A stretch of 15,497 bases of DNA, from assembly GCA_002496845.1 (NCBI GenBank), contig DALQ01000085.1, positions 1 through 15,497 on the forward strand, written 5' to 3'. This stretch comes from Euryarchaeota archaeon UBA495 (GTDB lineage: Archaea > Thermoplasmatota > Poseidoniia > Poseidoniales > Poseidoniaceae). The position numbers were made by a program, and so were the translations under genes. Under the pieces are notes generated by a model, which saw only the letters and a list, made by a program, of their open reading frames with translations, did not search any database and was not told the origin of the DNA. Of the stretch, positions 7,549-14,430 are shown piece after piece (the stretch's first letter is position 1; each line of letters begins with the position of its first letter).

Positions 7549-8405
7549 GCCAAGAGACCGATGACCAAAACACCGATGCCACCGCTGAGGCGGACGCCCA
7601 TCGCGAAGCCCATGACGGGGAAGATCCCTCAGCCAACGTTGCAATTTGGTTGCATGAGACGCGCGCAGCAACCCTCTCAACGTTGGCCGTAAAACCAGGC
7701 ATCGAAGGATTCCCGATTGGATCGATTGTCCCGTTTGCGCTTGATGGAAGCGGCCGTCCGTTCATTCTGGTGGCGAGCATCGCTGCGCACACACGGAACA
7801 TCGACGCAGACCCACGGGCTTCCCTGTTCATTTCGGACCCAGAGGCCAAGGGAGACCCCCAATCAAGCTGGCGTGCATCGTTGCTTGGAGAAATGCGCCA
7901 CGTTGCCGTGGAAGGAGAAGAGGTTGATCTGCCCGAAGAGCGGATTGACCGCGTCACGCCAGAAGAACACGCGCATTTGTTGGCGCGCTACGTGGAACGG
8001 GTGCCTGCGGCCGAATCGTACGTGAAGGTCCACAACTTCAGTTTCTACCGGATGAGCACCATCGAACGCATCCGCTACATCGCGGGCTTTGGGCGCATTT
8101 GTTGGATTCCGGGGCGCAAATACATGGAAGCCGTGGCCGATACCGGACTTGCAGAAGCCGCCCCTGAGGCCATTGAACACATGAACGACGACCATGTTGA
8201 TGCCATGGTGACCATCGTCAAAGGCCATCGCGGCATCGATGTCGAGTCTGTGAACATGGTCGACCTTGATCCAAACGGCATGATGCTGGAAACGCATGAG
8301 CCACATCACCTGATGTACGTCTCTTTCGAGAACCGAATCACGGCAGAGAGCATGCGAACCGAGATCATCAACAGCGTGGTCGCTGCAAGGAAAGCCATTG
8401 GTTGA
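7545..8405 (+). CDS. HugZ/HutZ-like heme-utilisation protein (PNPOx-like split barrel + DUF2470)
   Basis: 286-aa ORF. ATG 7545 overlaps the ATPase TGA (ATGA), with GAGGA 9 nt upstream. The block GFPIGSIVPFALDGSGRPFILVASIAAHTRNIDADPRASL is typical of the HugZ-like FMN-binding split-barrel family. The C-terminal part (AIEHMNDDHVDAMVTIV...) is DUF2470-like. Confidence 0.8.
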   Translation: MSQETDDQNTDATAEADAHREAHDGEDPSANVAIWLHETRAATLSTLAVKPGIEGFPIGSIVPFALDGSGRPFILVASIAAHTRNIDADPRASLFISDPEAKGDPQSSWRASLLGEMRHVAVEGEEVDLPEERIDRVTPEEHAHLLARYVERVPAAESYVKVHNFSFYRMSTIERIRYIAGFGRICWIPGRKYMEAVADTGLAEAAPEAIEHMNDDHVDAMVTIVKGHRGIDVESVNMVDLDPNGMMLETHEPHHLMYVSFENRITAESMRTEIINSVVAARKAIG

Positions 8406-8430
8406 CCGCGGATGGCCTTCGCTTGCGAGG

Positions 8431-9645
8431 TCAGTCAAAGTCGAGGTCGATTTTCTTCGGGCCATCGATGCTGAGAATCTTGACGTCGATGGGCTTGCCC
8501 ACGGCATAGAACATCTCGATGTGGTCCATGCTCATCCCGTCCATCTTTGAGATGTGAACCATGCCGGTGACCTCACGCTCGACCAACGCAACAAGAAGGC
8601 CGTAAAAGGGCCCTCCGTCCTTGCGGTACAGGTGTTTGACGACCGTGCCGGTGTAGGTTCCTCCCACTTCGAAGGCTGCAAGCGGATCGGCGGCTTCCGT
8701 GGCGTCGCCGTCGGATTGGGGCGTCACGTCCTCCCAACGAAACTTCGCTTCGTTGCCGAAGAGCACCTTTCGGACATGCTCGATGGGGTACGTGCCCTTG
8801 CCGTCGATGCCTGACTCGTCCCAGGGCTGGGTGTGCCGAACGGTCAGGCCTGGCGTCATGTCCTCCGTGACCTTCGAGCCGTCCCGCCGGTGGAAGGTGA
8901 CGGTAAGGCGTGGGCCGCGAAACAAGGTGGAGAACAACCCCCCTTCCACAGCGATTTCAACGGCCGAGTGGTCCGCACGGGTCCACCCTTCTGGAAAATC
9001 ATCGTCAATGAAGTCCCCCGTATGTCGCTGGCCGCCGTCAAAGGTGAGCACGTCCCAGGTACCGAACCGTCGAAGCATGGCGTCTTGGCGAGCGATTTCC
9101 TCCTCGCTCACGGGCTCCCGCGTGGCCAAGAGAGCCTCGATCTTTGCAGGAAGGTCCGCCACCGTCGACACCTCTGGGTGCGCCAACACCTCCTCGCTGA
9201 GGTTCCCCTTCGGATTGGCCAGCACCACGATGGGGAGGACTTCGAGCATCTCAATGCGGTCGATGGACAAGGAACATCGTTGCAGCATCCGCACCTTGGC
9301 CCGCAGTTTTTCGATGACCGGCTTGGGCGGCTCGCCCTTGTCCAACAAGCGTTGTTGCACAAGGTCATTGTCGCGCAAATGGACGTCGCCACCCCAATTC
9401 TTCACTTCGAGCAGAATCACGGCCCGGTCGGTGATGGCGATGACGTCGACTTCACCTGAGCCACGTCGCCGATCGGGGTCCGGAATGCGAATGGCCAGAT
9501 GCACATGCCGCGTGCTTTTGACGCGCTTCGCGGCCGCGCCCACGGCGTGCTCCGCTTTCCAAGAGCGGACCTCGCGCTGGGGCATGTGCTCGCGACGAGC
9601 AGACCGGGTGGAACGCCACCAGCCGATGCGCGCAAAGGGGCCCAT
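8431..9645 (-). CDS. NERD (nuclease-related) domain protein with C-terminal S1-like RNA-binding domain
   Basis: 404-aa ORF. The NERD-type core is GEVDVIAITDRAVILLEVKNWGG. The C-terminus GTYTGTVVKHL...YGLLVALVEREVTGMVHISKM...VGKPIDVKILSIDGPKKIDLDF matches the S1 OB-fold pattern. The 324-aa plus-strand ORF opposite is S/R-rich. The start could also be M21 (nt 9585). Confidence 0.8.
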   Translation of the reverse strand: MGPFARIGWWRSTRSARREHMPQREVRSWKAEHAVGAAAKRVKSTRHVHLAIRIPDPDRRRGSGEVDVIAITDRAVILLEVKNWGGDVHLRDNDLVQQRLLDKGEPPKPVIEKLRAKVRMLQRCSLSIDRIEMLEVLPIVVLANPKGNLSEEVLAHPEVSTVADLPAKIEALLATREPVSEEEIARQDAMLRRFGTWDVLTFDGGQRHTGDFIDDDFPEGWTRADHSAVEIAVEGGLFSTLFRGPRLTVTFHRRDGSKVTEDMTPGLTVRHTQPWDESGIDGKGTYPIEHVRKVLFGNEAKFRWEDVTPQSDGDATEAADPLAAFEVGGTYTGTVVKHLYRKDGGPFYGLLVALVEREVTGMVHISKMDGMSMDHIEMFYAVGKPIDVKILSIDGPKKIDLDFD

Positions 9646-9713
9646 GGCACGTCAACAGAACCACCCCCTTTGAACCGCGTGCCGGCACGTTCTGACCTTC
9701 AGACCGTGCCATC

Positions 9714-10541
9714 TCATCGGTGACGACGTTGTGAAATCGCCTCGTCGCCCGGCAGGTAAAGGTCCGAAGCCAAGCCGACGGAGGCGAAAATGCGAAGCAG
9801 CAGGTAGGACAAGTCAACCTGCCCTTTCAGCAGGCCGTGGCGAGCGGATCGGGGGAAGGCGTGGTGGCCTGCGTGCCAGCCTTCCCCAAGCGAAACAAGC
9901 GCCACGAACCGGTTGTTTCGGGCCTCTCCCGCTCCGTCGAAGTCCTGCTTGCCCCACAGGTGGCCTACAGAGTTGACCGCGTCACCGGCGTTGTAGTAGA
10001 GGACGCTGGCCACCCAAGCGATGATCACGCCGTCCCACGCCATCAGGTGGTACGCCAAGAGAAAAGGCAACATCTGGAACGACGAGCCAATCAGGAAGCC
10101 GAAGCGGGTCGAAAGGAAGCGAAGAAAGCGGTCATCGAGCACGTCCTTGGCCAAAGCGTCATGTCCGCCTGGGCTCATCGGACGAAGGAACATGTCAACG
10201 ATGTATCGAAGCGGCCCTCCAAGCGCATACACGAGGCACAACCCGCGGTTCCTGATGCCAAGATACCATCCACAGTGGGCGTACCAAAACCCGTCGTTAA
10301 GCGGGCTGTGAGGGTCGTTGGGTCCGTCCGAGTCGGTATGGTGGAGACGGTGATTTCCGACCCACTCCGCCGGTGGTCCAGCAGGAAGGGCGGCCAACAC
10401 CAAGGCATAGAGCAGCGGCTTGCGCAAGTTGGCCGAACGGTGGGTCAACACGCGATGGTAGGCCACAGTGATGCCAAATCCCACTGCAAAATACCACGTG
10501 AGCAGGAGCACCCCCATCCACTGCTGTGCTGAGAGTTCCAT
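9714..10541 (-). CDS. Membrane fatty-acid (acyl-CoA/acyl-lipid) Delta9-type desaturase, OLE1/DesC family
   Basis: 275-aa ORF with three His boxes at canonical spacing: AYHRVLTHRS, NHRLHHTDSDGPNDPHSP and GEGWHAGHHAFPRSARHG. GGAGA lies 7 nt upstream, and the start is 2 nt after the upstream stop. Confidence 0.9.
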   Translation of the reverse strand: MELSAQQWMGVLLLTWYFAVGFGITVAYHRVLTHRSANLRKPLLYALVLAALPAGPPAEWVGNHRLHHTDSDGPNDPHSPLNDGFWYAHCGWYLGIRNRGLCLVYALGGPLRYIVDMFLRPMSPGGHDALAKDVLDDRFLRFLSTRFGFLIGSSFQMLPFLLAYHLMAWDGVIIAWVASVLYYNAGDAVNSVGHLWGKQDFDGAGEARNNRFVALVSLGEGWHAGHHAFPRSARHGLLKGQVDLSYLLLRIFASVGLASDLYLPGDEAISQRRHR

Positions 10542-10543
10542 GT

Positions 10544-11440
10544 TCAGTTCTCCAAGCCGAGCTCAGCACGCATACGCTCGAGGTGTCCATGCGTGTGCTC
10601 CACGAAGAAACCGTGCATCAGGAACCGGTAACTGAGACCGGTAGGGCCGACCAAAATCATCGGGAATCGGTTGTAGGCGATGTCTGCAAAGTGGCTTGCA
10701 CCAACGATGTCGTCAATGAGGAGGCCAATGGAATGATCGAATTGGAAGGAGTTGATGGCCGCCTCGTATTCTGGAGCGGTCAACCAGAAGCAAAAGGTGG
10801 TCTTGAACAGTTCATGAGCGGTTTCAAAATCGAGGAATTGCGTCCACTTTTTCCGGTCCACGCCGTAGTCGAGGCGCACCGGCTTCCAATTCTCCCAAGA
10901 CAATTCGTCCTTGGGGACAGGCCAGCGGGAACGATCTGGCTCGGTGAGGTCCCGCATCGTCATCAGCACGCCCTGGTCGTGATGAACGAAGGTCTGAACC
11001 ATGAGGTCCCTGATCATCTTCGGATGGATGAGGACCGGGTCGACTTCGTCTTGACCGGCGTTGTCAATGACGAAATTCAGCAGGTTGGATTCCGCCCAGA
11101 AATGACGCAAGATGAGGACGTTGGCTTCAGGTCGGACGAACCATTTCATGAAGAAGCAAATTTGCCATTGAAGGAAGCCATGGGCCCGCCACTGAATGGG
11201 TGAAAGTCGCTTGAGGTAGTAGGTGATGTGCAGGGTGATGGTCAGGATGATTTTCAACGTCGGGAGCACGATACGGCGAAGCGGATTTTGAAGGTCCTTG
11301 GTCCAGTATTTCTTCGCGATAGGATCCAGCGGCATGGCCTCATCGCCCGCCATGGCATCAAGGATGCTCGCTGGCATTTTGCCATGGTTTCTGGCCATGG
11401 CTTTGCGCCGCTTCCGCTCCATCCGAGCGGTGCTACTCAT
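10544..11440 (-). CDS. Hypothetical protein, no family recognised
   Basis: Open frame with C/G third-position bias and a W/F/H-rich sequence (FLQWQICFFMKWFVRPEANVLILRHFWAESNLLNF...). ATG 11440 lies 7 nt after GGAGGAG; GTG 11443 in the track is one codon upstream. It overlaps the upstream gene's stop by 8 nt. Confidence 0.7.
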   Translation of the reverse strand: MSSTARMERKRRKAMARNHGKMPASILDAMAGDEAMPLDPIAKKYWTKDLQNPLRRIVLPTLKIILTITLHITYYLKRLSPIQWRAHGFLQWQICFFMKWFVRPEANVLILRHFWAESNLLNFVIDNAGQDEVDPVLIHPKMIRDLMVQTFVHHDQGVLMTMRDLTEPDRSRWPVPKDELSWENWKPVRLDYGVDRKKWTQFLDFETAHELFKTTFCFWLTAPEYEAAINSFQFDHSIGLLIDDIVGASHFADIAYNRFPMILVGPTGLSYRFLMHGFFVEHTHGHLERMRAELGLEN

Positions 11441-12176
11441 CACCCATCTCCTCCAACTGCAACCGATACAAACGGGCGACCACCTTGGCGGTCATTTCGA
11501 TGCGTTCGACCACCAGCGTGTCGGTGCACACCTCATCGAGCATGGTGTAGAAACGCTGCATATGATCGTCGTCGTTGGCGCCGTGATAAGTCATGAACCG
11601 CGTGATGCCCTCACGCTCACAGAGCTCTTCCATCCGCGTGGCCCAACCGATGGCCATACGCTCACCGAGGCCTTCGATGATCCACATCGCGCCAAGCATG
11701 TCCACAGGATTCGGTTGGCTTGCGCGTTGCATCATAAAGGCGTGGAAGGCTTCACTGCCCACGTTTTTACCACGGCTGAGGATGGTCTCAATCTCCCCTC
11801 CTGCGTTGACGTAGTCCTGTTCCAGCATGGTGTAGTCCCGGTGTTCGTCCACCGCATGACGGAGGATGAGCGAGCGCATCTCGCTGTGATCACGGTCCAT
11901 CGAGGAGGCGGCCCGAGCAATCCACCGAGAGCCTTCCACCACCTGCTGACGCAGGTTCACAAGGAGACGACGGTGGTCTGCCAGCGTGTACGTCCCCAAG
12001 TCGAGACGGCGAAGAATCGGCACGGTCACAAGGTCGCGCTCGAAGCCAATCCACACACGCAACAAGCGCCGCAAGGCGTCTTGTGCATGTTCCTTCAACT
12101 CAGGAACGTCGTTCGCGCCAATGGCTTCAGCAGCTTGCTGAACCGGGATTCCGTCAATTGTAATGTTACCGTCCAT
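11433..12176 (-). CDS. Heme-oxygenase-like di-iron oxidase/oxygenase (HDO; iron-containing redox enzyme family, CADD/UndA/PqqC-like fold)
   Basis: 247-aa all-helical-looking ORF. H198-G-A-N-D202-D-D-H205 (nt 11562-11585) gives HxxxDxxH. Upstream acidic/His candidates are E81, E99, H107, E111-H112 and E168/E172. This ligand spacing resembles CADD-type HDOs as I remember them. The gene overlaps the KAS III gene by 11 nt. Confidence 0.65.
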   Translation of the reverse strand: MDGNITIDGIPVQQAAEAIGANDVPELKEHAQDALRRLLRVWIGFERDLVTVPILRRLDLGTYTLADHRRLLVNLRQQVVEGSRWIARAASSMDRDHSEMRSLILRHAVDEHRDYTMLEQDYVNAGGEIETILSRGKNVGSEAFHAFMMQRASQPNPVDMLGAMWIIEGLGERMAIGWATRMEELCEREGITRFMTYHGANDDDHMQRFYTMLDEVCTDTLVVERIEMTAKVVARLYRLQLEEMGDE

Positions 12177-13308
12177 TGTTATCTACCACCGTCAGATGCA
12201 TGTATGTCGTGTTGAAGCGACCGCTCTCAGGAACAAAGCACAGGATGCGTTCTCCCACCTGAGGGTTCTGCGTTCTCACGAATTCGTCGAGCATGATAAA
12301 CAGCGAGGCGGCGCCCGTGTTGCCTCGTGAGTACAGGTTCGTCCACCATTTTTCTTCTGGAATGCCCACGCCTGCGGCATCGAGCATGTCAAGGATCTTT
12401 GGCCTGAAATGATGCGAAGAATAGTGGCAGAGGAAGTGGTCCACCTCAGAAGGCACGTTGAGGCCTTCTTGCACAAGCCGCACGTAGCCGTCAACGCCCA
12501 GCCGAACAATGTGGTCGAGGAGGCGGACCTCTTGGCGGAGCAACAGGGCCCCTTCTCGTTCCGCATCTGCATAGGTGTCGTAGTCCTGCCAAGTGCGTTC
12601 CTCGTCGGCCTTGCCGCTGGAGCCCACGCTCATGCAGGTTGGCAAAGCGTGCGCGTGAGACCAACCCTTCATCCAATCGATGCGGAAGGACAAGCCCTTG
12701 GGGCGAGGTGATGTTTCCAAGAGCAAGGCTCCAGCGCCGTCGGACAGCATCCAACGAAGGAATTCTGTGTTGAAATCCACGGTCTTCTTGGCGAAAGTGG
12801 ATTCTGTCGCGGCCTCGTAGCGTTGACGCTTGAGCAAACGCGATGGCATCTCTGTGGCGACGACCAGCGCAGCGTCGTGTTCATCGCACCGCAAAGCAAG
12901 CCATGCGCCTTTGAGCGCCATCATCGAAGAGGAACAAATGGACTGAGCAGTGAGAATTTCCACCTCAGCCATGCCGAGCCCAGCCTGAACAAAGGAAGCC
13001 AAGCCCGGGACGGGATGATCGCCCTGAGTGGATGCGACGGCCAGCATACCCACCTGGTGGATGGGTCGGAAAGCGCGGTCCATGCATTCCTGAGCGGCCT
13101 GCACCGCCATTTCCGTGTTTGAAACGGTGGTCCTTTGGTTGGCATCAATCCCGTAGTGGCGCGTTTGGATACCGTTGGCTTTCTGGATTTGACCACGGAG
13201 ACCTGAGGGTTGTCCATTCACAGCCCCCAGCACGGTCTCAACCTGATCGTTGGTGATGGCAGGCCCTGGCAGGTGCCAGCCTGTGGAAGTGATGTAGACC
13301 GTGTTCAT
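12166..13308 (-). CDS. FabH-like 3-oxoacyl synthase III (KAS III) family condensing enzyme
   Basis: The Cys-His-Asn triad context is QSICSSSMMAL, FLCHYSSHH and YSRGNTGAASL. ATG 13308 overlaps the upstream TGA (ATGA) and has GGAGGA 7 nt upstream. That favours it over the track start at 13323, whose ATG lies inside that SD. Confidence 0.85.
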   Translation of the reverse strand: MNTVYITSTGWHLPGPAITNDQVETVLGAVNGQPSGLRGQIQKANGIQTRHYGIDANQRTTVSNTEMAVQAAQECMDRAFRPIHQVGMLAVASTQGDHPVPGLASFVQAGLGMAEVEILTAQSICSSSMMALKGAWLALRCDEHDAALVVATEMPSRLLKRQRYEAATESTFAKKTVDFNTEFLRWMLSDGAGALLLETSPRPKGLSFRIDWMKGWSHAHALPTCMSVGSSGKADEERTWQDYDTYADAEREGALLLRQEVRLLDHIVRLGVDGYVRLVQEGLNVPSEVDHFLCHYSSHHFRPKILDMLDAAGVGIPEEKWWTNLYSRGNTGAASLFIMLDEFVRTQNPQVGERILCFVPESGRFNTTYMHLTVVDNNGR

Positions 13309-13907
13309 GCTGAATTCCTCCATGGGAGAGAGGATACGCCGTTGTCACGCTCCCACTTCCAACAACGGTGGATTTCCAACAGGTAGGGCATGACGCCAAA
13401 CACCAGCATGATCGCCATGTAACTGGCCGCGAAGTTGCCGTTCAATCCGAGGGATTCTTTGCGCCACTCAAGCCCCATGCTCCCTGCCCAATTGAGGGTG
13501 ATGAAATCGATGAACGTCTGCCAGCGCCGAACCACGATGAGCAAGAGGATGAAGAACGGAAGGGTCGCGAGGTAACTGTGCGCATGCACTTCCCAGATGC
13601 TGATTTCACGCAAATCTTGAGCGTATTTCACGTCGTAGTGTGCCACGAGTTCGTGCGCGATGAAGGCGAGGATGCACAAAATTAGCACCAGTACGTTGAC
13701 TTCGAACAGGAGCCCCAAGAGGATGGGGATGCCCACCTGCACGCCCATGATGGCGTGGACCAGAGCTTCTCGAAGACCTGCGGTGGATTCGATGTTGGTG
13801 GCTCGGTGGCAGAACCAATCAACGCCCCCAGCCACAACCCAAAGCGGCAGCAAAACGTAGAGCAGAATGTTCAGGACAAGTGTCGACGCGTCCAACGTCG
13901 GGTCCAT
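13305..13907 (-). CDS. His-rich polytopic membrane protein, unknown family (about 5 TM)
   Basis: Hydrophobic segments are LVLNILLYVLLPLWVVAGG, HAIMGVQVGIPILLGLLF, VLVLILCILAFIA, LATLPFFILLLIVV and YMAIMLVFGVMPYLL. Loop-edge His clusters are DWFCHR, AHELVAHYD, EVHAH and EIHRC. I prefer ATG 13907 over track start 13955 for two reasons: the extra 16 codons include rare TTA TTA, and a TTATTAT box lies 27 nt upstream of 13907. Confidence 0.75.
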   Translation of the reverse strand: MDPTLDASTLVLNILLYVLLPLWVVAGGVDWFCHRATNIESTAGLREALVHAIMGVQVGIPILLGLLFEVNVLVLILCILAFIAHELVAHYDVKYAQDLREISIWEVHAHSYLATLPFFILLLIVVRRWQTFIDFITLNWAGSMGLEWRKESLGLNGNFAASYMAIMLVFGVMPYLLEIHRCWKWERDNGVSSLPWRNSA

Positions 13908-13930
13908 GTAAAAGGCCACATCTTGAGGAC

Positions 13931-13937
13931 ATAATAA
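13931..13937 (-). promoter_or_regulatory. TATA box (TTATTAT on minus strand) for the membrane-protein/KAS III operon
   Basis: AT-rich heptamer centred 27 nt upstream of ATG 13907, with no SD. The geometry matches the other first-gene starts in the window. Confidence 0.45.
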
Positions 13938-13954
13938 GACAACGCCGAAGTGCA

Positions 13955-14407
13955 TTATCCATCATGCAGTCCTACTAAACCTGCAAGAGGTTCTGCTTCG
14001 GCATGCCACCCGGAGAGATGAACGGTTGGCGCCGGCAATGCTCCCTCGCCGTGTGATGCAACGCTCAGCATGAACGCATGGAGGCTTGCAAGCATGCTGG
14101 GCGAAGGCATGCCCTCAACGTGCTCGTTGGGCGCGAGGTACCACAGAACCTCGGGCACCTTGCCGCCGAACACGATGGGGGCTCCGATGACGATTGGATC
14201 TCGCAGCTCGATGTACGAATCCTGCTGGCTCATGAGCCAAATCTGCAGGTCCTCCCCCAGCGCGACCCGATCCAGAAGGCTGTCCACGGTCTTCGCGAGT
14301 TCGACCTTCTGAGCCTTGGGGCGCAGGTGATGCAAGTGTTTCATGTCCCCCAGCCCGAGGGCAGTCATGACGTCGTCGAGGGTCCATCCAAGCATCATTG
14401 AAGCCAT
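13955..14407 (-). CDS. Hypothetical protein (150 aa)
   Basis: This is the inner part of the 240-aa track ORF, starting at M91 (MASMMLGWTLDDVMTALGLG...). A CTTATA box lies 24-29 nt upstream. The longer version would cross an AT-rich promoter region and overlap the fasciclin gene start. I recognise no family. Confidence 0.6.
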   Translation of the reverse strand: MASMMLGWTLDDVMTALGLGDMKHLHHLRPKAQKVELAKTVDSLLDRVALGEDLQIWLMSQQDSYIELRDPIVIGAPIVFGGKVPEVLWYLAPNEHVEGMPSPSMLASLHAFMLSVASHGEGALPAPTVHLSGWHAEAEPLAGLVGLHDG

Positions 14408-14430
14408 GAACAGACGGTGGTATGAGGTGC

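Noticed and set aside
8406-8430. 25-nt spacer between convergent HugZ-like and NERD genes, checked for a bidirectional terminator
   Set aside because: Only weak GACC...GGTC complementarity and no T-runs on either strand, so I could not support a terminator call.
7439-8507. Minus-strand ORFs 7439-7957 (172 aa) and 7863-8507 (214 aa)
   Set aside because: Both are antisense to the HugZ-like gene, which has clear family motifs and ATGA coupling to the ATPase. The minus-strand products are low-complexity S/A/R-rich.
8699-9673. 324-aa plus-strand ORF (and 8833-9459, 208 aa)
   Set aside because: They are antisense to the NERD-S1 gene. They are extremely S/R/T-rich with no motifs, while the minus frame carries both NERD and S1 signatures.
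9672-9692. GAAC-cgc-GTGCCGGCAC-GTTC palindrome between the desaturase and NERD genes, considered as a terminator
   Set aside because: The perfect 10-bp palindrome leaves almost no loop. No T-tract follows on the transcribed (minus) strand, whether an archaeal oligo-T or a bacterial intrinsic type. It may be a protein-binding site or chance in GC-rich DNA, and the evidence is not sufficient to call it.
9837-12215. Plus-strand ORFs 9837-10532 (231 aa), 10526-11203 (225 aa) and 11298-12215 (305 aa)
   Set aside because: They lie opposite the desaturase, the 299-aa protein and the HDO/KAS III genes. The minus-strand frames carry His boxes, the HxxxDxxH motif, SD sites and coupled junctions. The plus frames lack starts with any ribosome-binding or promoter signal.
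13908-13955. Longer start (ATG 13955, TAATG overlap) for the His-rich membrane protein
   Set aside because: The extra 16 codons include rare TTA TTA and coincide with a TTATTAT box at the same -27 position as other first genes. I kept it as an alternative, not the preferred call.
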